DNA from: Eledone cirrhosa
Taxonomy: Eukaryota
DNA length: 64,000 bases
Assembly: GCA_964016885.1 (NCBI GenBank)
Contig: OZ024749.1
Location: 53,568,001-53,632,000 of the forward strand
Direction of reading: 5' to 3'
Shown here: piece after piece, positions 39,649 to 51,494 of the stretch
How positions within the stretch are numbered: the stretch's first letter is position 1
Layout of the letters: each line of letters starts with the position of its first letter
Program-made: the position numbers and the translations under genes
The notes under the pieces: model-generated
Seen by the model: the letters and a program-made list of their open reading frames with translations, nothing else
Databases searched by the model: none
Told to the model about the DNA's origin: nothing

Positions 39649-41323
39649 AACTACAGGAGAAGTACCTAGCTAAAGGTAAACCCCTCTACTTAGCTTTTGT
39701 CGACTTGGAGAAAGCCTTCGACAGAGTCCCCCGCTCCATTATCTGGTGGGCTCTTAGAAAACTAGGCGTTGACGAATGGCTTGTGAGGGCTATACAAGCC
39801 ATGTATAAAGAAACAGTCAGCAAGGTTAGAATTAACAACGAATATAGTGAAGAGTTTAGCGTAAAAGTTGGCGTCCATCAGGGCTCTGTTCTCAGCCCAC
39901 TACTATTTATTATTGCCCTTCAGGCTATAACAGAGGAGTTCAAGACAGGCTGCCCATGGGAACTCCTATACGCAGACGACCTGACACTCATAGCGGAATC
40001 AATGGCCGAGCTAGAGAAGAAATTCCAAACATGGAAGCACGGCCTAGAGTCAAAAGGACTTAAAATTAACCTGGCTAAGACCAAAGTACTAGTTTGTAGG
40101 AAAGAAAACAAGGCGGCGGTCCCTTCTGGGAAATGGTCGTGCTCGGTGTGTAGGAAAGGCGTAGGTAGAAACTCCATTTTATGTCCTAAATGCAAAGTAT
40201 GGGTGCATAAAAGATGTAGTGGGATCACAGGTAAGCTAACTAAGAACATAGATTTTACATGTGGCCGGTGCTCTGGTGCAATAAGTAGCAGCAAGTGCCC
40301 ACAAACTACTAGCTCTTTCAATTGCGCAGAGGGTTCTATAGAAATAGTGGACAGCTTCCGTTACCTGGGCGATAAAATCAGCAGTGGGGGAGGGTGCTCT
40401 GAAAGTACTGTAGCTAGAGTCAGAACTGGTTGGAAAAAGTTCAGAGAGCTTATACCACTATTAGCTGCTAAAGGGTTCTCACTAAAAATGAAAGGCAGGT
40501 TGTACGATGCCTGCATACGAACAGCAATGCTGCATGGCAGTGAGACCTGGACATTGTGTGCAGAGGATATACGCAGACTAGAGAGGAACGAAGCTTGCAT
40601 GCTCCGCTGGATGTGTAACAGTAATATACGTGAACGGCAAAGCATAAACGAACTAAGGAAAAAATTAGAGATAAGAGGGATCAGATGTTGTTTACTCGAG
40701 AGAAGGCTACGTTGGTATGGACACGTGATGCGCATGAAAGTCGATAGCTGTATAACAAAGTGCAGGGCAATAAAGATAGACGGTAGTCACGGAATAGGCA
40801 GACCTAGAAAAACCTGGGACGAGCTGATAAACTCCGACCTCACACACTTACACCTCTCCAAGACAATGTCACTGGACCGAGACCTTTGGCGGTACTCAGT
40901 AACAGAGAAGACCCGCCTTACCTAAATATATAGTAAAACCTACTCCAGCCAGTAGGCATCTCTAACAAAATACACCCCGTCCCACCACCCCCGCCCCCAC
41001 CCCATCCACACCACCCCGTTCTATGTAAAGTTATGTTGGTGCCGCGCCATCGAGGCCGAAACAAATGAGATCGTGTAGGTGTCACGACAAAAAAACACAC
41101 AGTCAACGCTGTAATGTGGCCGTGTAGGCAACACGGTAAAAACCTCCCAGACCCACACTGTAAATGTGGTTGGTGTTAGGAAGGGCATCCAACTGTAGAA
41201 AACCTGCCAGACAGTCCTATGCGAGCAAGACAATCACTCTTGCCTCAAGTGGGACTACCCCCGTCCAAACCCATGCAAGCGTGGAACACGGACGTTAAAC
41301 GTTGATGATGATGATGATGATGA
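39649..41323 (+). mobile_element. 5'-truncated young RTE-type LINE (open RT/PHD ORF, 3' UTR, (GAT)n tail)
   Basis: ORF 39705-40925: DLEKAFDRV, GVHQGSVLSP, LLYADDL, PHD-like finger, thumb; tail ggacgttaaacgttgatgatg. Confidence 0.95.
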
Positions 41324-41439
41324 TATATATACATATATATACATATATATATACATATATATACATATATATACATATATACATATATATACATATATAT
41401 ACATATACATATATATATATATATATATATGTATACATA

Positions 41440-41515
<76 letters not shown>

Positions 41516-41694
41516 TATACATATATATATATACATATATATATACATATATATATACATATATATACACATATATATACACATATATATATACATATAT
41601 ATACATATATATATACATATATATACATATATATATATATACATATATATACATATATATACATATATACATATATATACATATATACATATAC

Positions 41695-41728
<34 letters not shown>

Positions 41729-41735
41729 GTATACA

Positions 41736-41811
<76 letters not shown>

Positions 41812-41974
41812 TATACACATATATATACACATATATATATACATATATATACATATATATACATATATATATACATATATATACATATATACATATATAT
41901 ACATATATATACATATATATACATATATATACATATATATACATATATACATATACATACATATATACATATAC

Positions 41975-42008
<34 letters not shown>

Positions 42009-42014
42009 GTATAC

Positions 42015-42055
<41 letters not shown>

Positions 42056-42206
42056 CATATATATACATATATATATATATATACATATATATACACATAT
42101 ATATACACATATATATATACATATATATACATATATATACATATATATATACATATATATACATATATATATATATATACATATATATACATATATATAT
42201 ATATAC

Positions 42207-42343
<137 letters not shown>

Positions 42344-42394
42344 TATATATATACATATATATACATATATATATATATATATACATATATATAC

Positions 42395-42445
<51 letters not shown>

Positions 42446-42474
42446 ATATACATATATATATATATACATATATG

Positions 42475-42509
<35 letters not shown>

Positions 42510-42521
42510 GTATATATATAC

Positions 42522-42591
<70 letters not shown>

Positions 42592-42599
42592 GTATATAC

Positions 42600-42654
<55 letters not shown>

Positions 42655-42681
42655 CATATATATATATTATATATGCATATA

Positions 42682-42833
<152 letters not shown>

Positions 42834-42840
42834 CATATAC

Positions 42841-42871
<31 letters not shown>

Positions 42872-42878
42872 CATATAC

Positions 42879-42960
<82 letters not shown>

Positions 42961-42972
42961 TTATATATATAT

Positions 42973-43004
<32 letters not shown>

Positions 43005-43005
<1 letters not shown>

Positions 43006-43540
43006 GTGTGCAGGAGAGGCAGTTGCGCTGGTATGGACATGTGATGCGTATGAAGGATGAGAGCTGCATAAAAAGGTGCAGAGCACTAGAAGTCGATGGA
43101 AACCGCAGAGTGGGAGACCCAAGATGACCGGGGATGAGGTGATAAATACCGACCTTACCCAATTATTCCTCTCAAAGGCAATGACACACAACCGTGACCT
43201 CTGGCGTTACGCAGTAATACAGAGTACCCGACCTCCCATTGGTACAAGCTGAAGCATATAGACAAGCTGAAGCATATAGACAAGGTGGTCGTGGAGGTGC
43301 CACGGCAAAAAAGCAACCAGCCCACACTGTAAAATGGACGTGTAGGCGCCACGAAAAAGCACCCACCACTCACTTTAAATGAGGTTGGTGTTAGGAAGGG
43401 CATCCAGCTGTAGAAATCAAGCCAAATCAGTTCCTGTATGAGCAAGGCATGGTCAGCCGACCAGACACTGCCCACAACAGGACAACCCATCTAACCCGTG
43501 CTAGCGTGGAAGAACGGACGTAAAACGGTGATGATGATGA
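43005..43540 (+). mobile_element. RTE-type LINE 3' fragment (second subfamily)
   Basis: [13 protein letters not shown]..., then a 3' UTR ending ggacgtaaaacggtgatgatg. Confidence 0.75.
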
Positions 43541-43543
43541 TAC

Positions 43544-43578
<35 letters not shown>

Positions 43579-43644
43579 CATATATATACGTATATATATA
43601 TATATATATATACATATATATATACATACATATATATATATACA

Positions 43645-43982
43645 TCATCATCATCATCATCACTTCATTTTACGTCCGCTTTTTCCCTGCTTGCAAGGGA
43701 AGGTCGTGAGCTTGATTTCTACAGCTGGATGCCCTTCCTAACACCAACCTCATTTACAGTGAGTGCTGGGTGCTTTTTTGACGTGGCACCTCCACGACCA
43801 GTTTGCAGTGGAATGATAAGGACCTCAGTCCCTATCATCTCATTTCTACAGCTGAGTAAACTGGAGCAATGTGAAATAAAGTGTCTTGCTCAAGGAAACA
43901 ACACATCACCTGGTCTAAGAATTGAACTCACAACCTTTCGATTGCAAGGCCAATGCTCTAACCACTAAGCCATGTGCCTCCA
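43645..43982 (-). mobile_element. tRNA-head SINE sharing the RTE 3' tail
   Basis: Head tggcttagtggttagagc...gtgagttcaattc, central ccttgagcaagacactttatttcac, tail ggacgtaaaatg(atg)n; other copies at about 51060-51445(+) and 58266-58600(+). Confidence 0.78.
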
Positions 43983-43989
43983 TATATAC

Positions 43990-44025
<36 letters not shown>

Positions 44026-44401
44026 GCATATATATATATATACATATATACATATATATATATATACATATATATACATATGCATATATATATATATACA
44101 TATATACATATATATATATATACATATATATACATATATACATATATATACATATATACATATATATATATATATACATATATATACATATATATACATA
44201 TATATACATATATACATATATATACATATATACATATATATATATATATACATATATATACATATATACATATATATATACATATATATATATACATATA
44301 TATATATACATATATATATATACATATATATATATACATATATATATACATATATATATATACATATATATATACATATATATATATACATATATATATA
44401 C

Positions 44402-44432
<31 letters not shown>

Positions 44433-44948
44433 CATATATATATATACATATATATATATACATATATATATACATATATACATATACATATATACATATA
44501 CATATATACATATATATATATACATATACATATATACATATATATATATACATATACATATATACATATATATATACATATACATATATACATATATATA
44601 TACATATATATATACATATATATACATATACATATATATATACATATATATATACATATATATATATACATATATATATACATATATATATACATACAAT
44701 ATATAGTAAGAAACACAGTAAACCATGTGTCCAAAATTACAAGGGTTGAAAAACCACATATGCTTGAAATATTTAACCAAGAAACAGACAGAATGACGAA
44801 ATGAAAATAAAAATATATTATCAAATAATACAAACCGCCTCAATAACCATTATATCTCTCGGACCACGTTTGGCTGGCGAAGCACGAGGTGATGAATTCA
44901 TCTTTCTGTGTGAACGTTGGCATATAGTGTTTGTGGCATTTAATCGCA

Positions 44949-45030
44949 ATCTCTCGCTGATGAAGCCCAGGATTATCTGTTACAAACACACTCAGGGCGA
45001 AACAGATTAGGGATAATCTGTCCGAGAGAT
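44949..45030 (+). ncRNA. Canonical type-I hammerhead ribozyme (family E, copy 1)
   Basis: ATCTCTCG-CTGATGA-A-GCCC...GGGC-GAAA-CAGATTA-GGGA-TAATCTG-TC^-CGAGAGAT; 8-bp stem I, 7-bp stem III, GUC triplet, predicted cut after 45022. Confidence 0.92.
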
Positions 45031-45417
45031 ATAATGGTTATTGAGGCGGTTTGTATTATTTGATAATATATTTTTATTTTCATTTCGTCATTCTGTCTGT
45101 TTCTTGGTTAAATATTTCAAGCATATGTGGTTTTTCAACCCTTGTAATTTTGGACACACGGTTTACTGTGTTTCTTACTATATATTGTTAATCGGCTCAG
45201 TATTTATTTGTACTTTATACTTAGAGCTTAATGGTTACAGGGTTCTAATTCATATATATATTTCGGCTCTCTTACAGGATGAGCTATTAAGTTGTGCGTG
45301 TTTGACTGTTATTTCTGTTCAACACGCGCTTACCACGTTTGGCTGGCGAAGCACGAGGTGATGAATTCATCTTTCTGTGTGAACGTTGGCATATAGTGTT
45401 TGTGGCATTTAATCGCA

Positions 45418-45499
45418 ATCTCTCGCTGATGAAGCCCAGGATTATCTGTTACAAACACACTCAGGGCGAAACAGATTAGGGATAATCTGTCCGAGAGAT
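45418..45499 (+). ncRNA. Canonical type-I hammerhead ribozyme (family E, copy 2)
   Basis: Identical to copy 1; predicted cut after 45491. Confidence 0.92.
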
Positions 45500-46095
45500 A
45501 TAATGGTTATTGAGGCGGTTTGTATTATTTGATAATATATTTTTATTTTCATTTCGTCATTCTGTCTGTTTCTTGGTTAAATATTTCAAGCATATGTGGT
45601 TTTTCAACCCTTGTAATTTTGGACACACGGTTTACTGTGTTTCTTACTATATATTGTTAATCGGCTCAGTATTTATTTGTACTTTATACTTAGAGCTTAA
45701 TGGTTACAGGGTTCTAATTCATATATATATATACATATATATATACATATATATATACATATATATATACATATATATATATATACATATATATATATAC
45801 ATATATATACATATATATACATATATATACATATATATATATACATATATATACATATATATATACATATATATATACATATATATATACATATATACAT
45901 ATATATATACATATATACATACATATATATATACATATATATATACATATATACATACATATATATATACATATATATATACATACATATATACATACAT
46001 ATATACATACATATATATATACATATATATATACATATATACATACATATATATATACATATATATATACATATATATATACGTATATATATACA

Positions 46096-46145
<50 letters not shown>

Positions 46146-46146
46146 C

Positions 46147-46195
<49 letters not shown>

Positions 46196-46214
46196 CACAT
46201 ATATATATATACAC

Positions 46215-46247
<33 letters not shown>

Positions 46248-46332
46248 CATATATACATATATATACATATATATATATATACATATATACATATATATAC
46301 ATATATATACATATATACATATATACATATAT

Positions 46333-46363
<31 letters not shown>

Positions 46364-46416
46364 TACATATATATACATATATATATATATATATACATAT
46401 ATATACATATATATAC

Positions 46417-46449
<33 letters not shown>

Positions 46450-46506
46450 CATATATACATATATATACATATACATATATATATATATATATACATATAT
46501 ATACAT

Positions 46507-46539
<33 letters not shown>

Positions 46540-46581
46540 TATATATACATATATACATATATACATATATATATATACTTA

Positions 46582-46685
<104 letters not shown>

Positions 46686-46686
46686 C

Positions 46687-46735
<49 letters not shown>

Positions 46736-46746
46736 CATATATATAC

Positions 46747-48359
46747 ATCATCATCATCGTTTAACGTCCATGTTCCACGCTTGCATGGGTTTGGACGGGA
46801 GTTTTCCCCACTTGAGGCAAGAGTGGTTGTCTTGCTCGCATAGGACTGTCTGGCGGGTTTTCTACAGTTGGATGCCCTTCCTAACACCAACCACATTTAC
46901 AGTGTGGGGCTGGGAGGTTTTTACCGTGTTGCCTACACGGCCACATTACAGCGTGGACTGTCTGGCGGGTTTTCTACAGCTGGATGCCCTTCCTAACACC
47001 AACCACATTTACAGTGTGGGACTGGGAGGTTTTTACCGTGTTGCCTACACGGCCACATTACAGCGTGGACTGTCTGGCGGGTTTTCTACAGCTGGATGCC
47101 CTTCCTAACACCAACCACATTTACAGTGTGGGGCTGGGAGGTTTTTACCGTGTTGCCTACACGGCCACATTACAGCGTGGACTGTCTGGCGGGTTTTCTA
47201 CAGCTGGATGCCCTTCCTAACACCAACCACATTTACAGTGTGGGACTGGGAGGTTTTTACCGTGTTGCCTACACGGCCACATTACAGCGTGGACTGTCTG
47301 GCGGGTTTTTTACAGCTGGATGCCCTTCCTAACACCAACCACATTTACAGTGTGGGACTGGGAGGTTTTTACCGTGTTGCCTACACGGCCACATTACAGC
47401 GTGGACTGTCTGGCGGGTTTTCTACAGCTGGATGCCCTTCCTAACACCAACCACATTTACAGTGTGGGACTGGGAGGTTTTTACCGTGTTGCCTACACGG
47501 TCACATTACAGCGTGGACTGTGTGTTTTTTGTCGTGACACCTACACGATCTCATTTGTTTCGGCCTGGATTTTGTGGCACCTACATAACTTTACATTGAA
47601 AGGGGCAGTGAGGATGGGGTGGGGGTGTTGGGACGGGGGTGTATTTTGTTAGAGATGCCTACTGACTGTAGTAGGTTTTACTTTGTATTTAGGTAAGGCG
47701 GGTCTTCTCTATTACTTAGTACCGCCAAAGGTCTCGGTCCATTGTCTTGGAGAGGTGTAAGTGTGTGAGGTCGGAATTTATCAGCTCGTCCCAGGTTTTT
47801 CTGGGTCTGCCTACTCCGTGGCTACCGTCTATCTTTATTGCCCTGCACTTTGCTATACAACTGTCGTCTTTCATGCGCATCACGTGACCATACCAACGTA
47901 GCCTTCTCTCGAGTAAACAACATCTGATACCTCTTATTTCTAATTTTTTCCTTAGTTCGTTTATGCTTTGCCGTTCGCGTATATTACTATTACACATCCA
48001 GCGGAGCATGCAAGCTTCGTTCCTCTCTAGTCTGCGTATATCCTCTGCACACAATGCCCAGGTCTCACTGCCATGCAACATTGCTGTTCGTATGCAGGCA
48101 TCATACGACCTGCCTTTCATTTTTAGGGAGAACCCTTTAGCGGCTAATAGTGGTATAAGCTCTCTGAACTTTTTCCATCCAGTTCTGACTCTAGCTACTG
48201 TACTTTCAGTGCACCCTCCCCCACTGCTGATTTTGTCACCCAGGTAACGGAAGCTGTCCACTATTTCTATAGAACCCTCTGCACAGTTGAAAGAGCTAGT
48301 ATTTTGTGGGCACTTGCTGCTACTTATTTCACCAGAGCACCGGCCACATGTAAAATCTT

Positions 48360-48360
<1 letters not shown>
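46747..48360 (-). mobile_element. 5'-truncated RTE-type LINE with an expanded 3' UTR
   Basis: ORF 47716-48396 is nearly identical to the 39705-40925 C-terminus; (CAT)n tail at about 46747. Confidence 0.92.
46843..47520. repeat. 112-bp tandem repeat, 6 copies, within the LINE 3' UTR
   Basis: ggactgtctggcgggttttctacag...cattacagcgt recurs with a 112-bp period (ORF starts at 46984, 47096, 47208 and 47320). Confidence 0.93.
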
Positions 48361-48397
<37 letters not shown>

Positions 48398-48431
48398 GAA
48401 GGATTTTAATGGATACAGTTTAGTTAAAAGG

Positions 48432-48558
48432 AATTTATTGACACGTGTTTCTATAACAGTTACATAACCTGAAAACAGCTGCTATCTACAAAGTATTAGT
48501 TATGCAGACATTCAATATTTCAATGTTATTATCAACTGTCATTTCATCAGAATAATTT
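48432..48558 (-). ncRNA. Type-I hammerhead ribozyme with an extended (about 90 nt) stem II domain (family F)
   Basis: Minus strand AAATTATT-CTGATGA-A-ATGACAGTT...AACTGTTAT-A-GAAA-CACGTG-TC-AATAAATT; palindromic stem III; GUC at 48442-48440. Confidence 0.72.
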
Positions 48559-49252
48559 TACTGAGGACCTGTTTGGTTTTTATAGAGAATATTAGGAGGG
48601 AGGGGTGAAGTTGTTAGAAGAGTGGTTTTTTGATAGCAGTGAGAATTTTTGGTGGCAGTGAGTAATTAGATTCCCATCTGTTGTTTTGACATTTTTATAG
48701 AATATATTATTGGTTATTTTTCTAAATCTATAGAAGGATTAGAGATAGTATAGATATATATATACACATATATATATATATATACATATATATATACATA
48801 TACATATATATATATACATATACATATACACATATATATATATATACACATATATATATATACACATATATATATACACACATATATATATATACACATA
48901 TATATATATACACATATACATATATATATACACATATACACACATATATATATATACACATATATATATATACACATATATATATATACACATATATATA
49001 TATACACATATACATATATATATACACATATACATATATATATATATACATATATATATACACATATACATATATATATATATACATATATATATACACA
49101 TATACATATATATATACACATATACATATATACACACATATATATATATACACATATATATATATACACATATATATATATACACATATATATATATACA
49201 CATATATATATATACACATATACATATACACATATACATATATACATATACA

Positions 49253-49548
49253 GTTATGTTGGTGCCGCGCCTTCGAGGCCGAAACAAATGAGATCGTGTA
49301 GGTGTCACGACAAAAAAACACACAGTCCACGCTGTAATGTGGCCGTGTAGGCAACACGGTAAAAACCTCCCAGACCCACACTGTAAATGTGGTTGGTGTT
49401 AGGAAGGGCATCCAACTGTAGAAAACCTGCCAGACAGTCCTATGCGAGCAAGACAATCACTCTTGCCTCAAGTGGGACTACCCCCGTCCAAACCCATGCA
49501 AGCGTGGAACACGGACGTTAAACGTTGATGATGATGATGATGATGATG
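49253..49548 (+). mobile_element. RTE LINE 3' UTR fragment
   Basis: Near-identical to 41029-41323. Confidence 0.85.
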
Positions 49549-50153
49549 ACACATATACATATATACATATACACATATATATATATACATATACATATAC
49601 ACATATATATATATACATATACACATATATATATATACATATATACATATACACATATACATATATACATATACACATATATACATATACATATACACAT
49701 ATATATATATACATATATACATATACACATATATATATATACATATATACATATACACATATATATATATACATATATATATACACATATATATATATAC
49801 ACATATATATATATACATATATATATATACACATATATGTATATACATATATATATACACACATATATATATATACATATTCATATATATATACATATAT
49901 ATATACATAGACACCTGAAATATAGGCATTGTTAGCTTAAGAGAAACTTAAAAATAAGGAGTGGCACCCCATTCTGAACTTGTTTATAGAATTATTTCTG
50001 CCTTTGTTACTCTAAATATAAATTATAGCTTCAAAGAATTAGCTTTTAATGAATTCCCTTTTCTATCAACCAATGACCTCTACCCATCCCACTCCCTACC
50101 CTCTCCTACCACCTGAAGAGGCCTATAAATACCATATTTATTTTTTGATACCC

Positions 50154-50204
50154 AGATTCCTGATGATTTCTAAAGAATGAAACAGTTCTAGTCCTGTAGA
50201 ATCT
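50154..50204 (+). ncRNA. Type-I hammerhead ribozyme (family G)
   Basis: AGATTC-CTGATGA-TTTC-TAAA-GAAT-GAAA-CAG-TTCTAGTC-CTG-TA-GAATCT; in an insert (about 49910-50220) bounded by (TA)n. Confidence 0.75.
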
Positions 50205-50374
50205 CATCTATATTAAAAATATAAATATATATATATATACATATACATATATACATATATTTTCAAACAGAAGTTGAAGGGCCATAACTATATGCCACAA
50301 AGCATGTTGTATGACACTCCACCAATCCACTACCCTAGAGGATTAATAATAATAATAACTAAAATAATATTTAC

Positions 50375-50522
50375 GTTTTCCAGGAGTAAATACACATTCA
50401 GCTTTTGTTAAAGAACTGCTTCCTGTGTCTGTGTCAACATAAACAGCAAAAACAGGTTGCTTCAAACTGGAGTTTACCAACAGAAAACTTGCATTAGCAA
50501 CTGTGTTCCAAGTCACATTGTC
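50375..50522 (-). CDS. Cytokine receptor-like gene, extracellular exon
   Basis: tag|DNVTWNTVANASFLLVNSSLKQPVFAVYVDTDTGSSSLTKAECVFTPGK|gtaaat; phase-consistent. Confidence 0.82.
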
Positions 50523-50787
50523 CTAAAAATAATGAGGAACAATTATAATAATTATTAAATGTACCAGACCACACTGTAAAGTGGTTGTGTTGATGGCATC
50601 CGAACCCGTGATTGAATATGATATGATACTGGATCGCATCTGATCACTCAACGGATGCGATCAGATACCAGATTACTGATCTGATGGGATCTGATATCAG
50701 GTCCTTCATCCAATCCAGGATCAGATGTGATCTGACACCAGATCCTTGATATGTACATATAGATGTTAACTAATGTTATTTACTCAC

Positions 50788-50939
50788 TGTACAGTGTATT
50801 TGAAGACTGGATGGTTTCTCATTAAGACAAGAGAAAACAGTGATATTTTTAATATCTTCAAGTGAATCAATCATCCAAGAAACATTATAAATAGTGTCTG
50901 TAATTCTCTTCACAAAGACAGCATGCGGACCTCTTTGGA
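50788..50939 (-). CDS. Cytokine receptor-like gene, extracellular exon
   Basis: cag|QRGPHAVFVKRITDTIYNVSWMIDSLEDIKNITVFSCLNEKPSSLQIHCT|gtgagt. Confidence 0.85.
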
Positions 50940-51494
50940 CTGTAGAGAACAAAAACATGGTAAAAATTGAGTCATTTAGTGAAACAACTGAATATATATA
51001 TATCCACATACATATACACACTTATATATACACATATATAGATACATATACACATACACGCATGGCTTAGTGGTTAGAGCATTGGGCTTGCAATCGAAAG
51101 GTTGTGAGTTCAATTCTCAGACTGGGTGATGTGTTGTTTCCTTGAGCAAGACACTTTATTTCACATTGCTCCAGTTTACTCAGCTGTAGAAATGAGATGA
51201 TAGGGACTGAGGTCCTTATCATTCCACTGTAAAGTGGACGTGTAGGCGCCACAAAAAATAAGCACCCAGCACTCACTGTAAATGAGGTTGGTGTTAGGAA
51301 GGGCATCCAGCTGTAGAAATCAAGCCAGAATCAGTTCCTGCATGAGCAAGACAAGGTCAGCCGACCGGACACTGCCCACAACAGGACAACCCGTCTAACC
51401 CATGCTAGCGTGGAAGAACGGACATAAAACAGTGATGATGATCATCATCATTTTACATCCACTTTTCCCTGCTTATACACACATATATATATAT

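Larger units (their letters stand above)
44696..45720 (+). mobile_element. Retrozyme-like element: 169-bp inverted arm plus about 1.8 tandem copies of a 469-bp unit, in (TA)n
   Basis: 44863-45251 repeats at 45332-45720 (offset 469); 44696-44864 is the reverse complement of 45020-45188 (1 mismatch); each unit carries a canonical hammerhead. Confidence 0.9.

Noticed and set aside
41040-41085. GAGGCCGAAAC in the RTE 3' UTR as a hammerhead
   Set aside because: No CUGANGA box or stem I upstream in any copy
44875-44886. A-box-like TGGCGAAGCACG suggesting a Pol III promoter in the 469-bp unit
   Set aside because: No correctly placed downstream B box, and the unit has internal T runs that would terminate Pol III
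46843-47520. Regular repeat arrays (also 59925-60122 and 62222-62768) as possible CRISPR arrays
   Set aside because: No unique spacers, no cas genes, eukaryotic intron context; plain tandem repeats
50620-50750. GATC-rich intronic stretch with small hairpins and CTGATGG
   Set aside because: No GAAA half-core; looks like a degenerate short-period repeat
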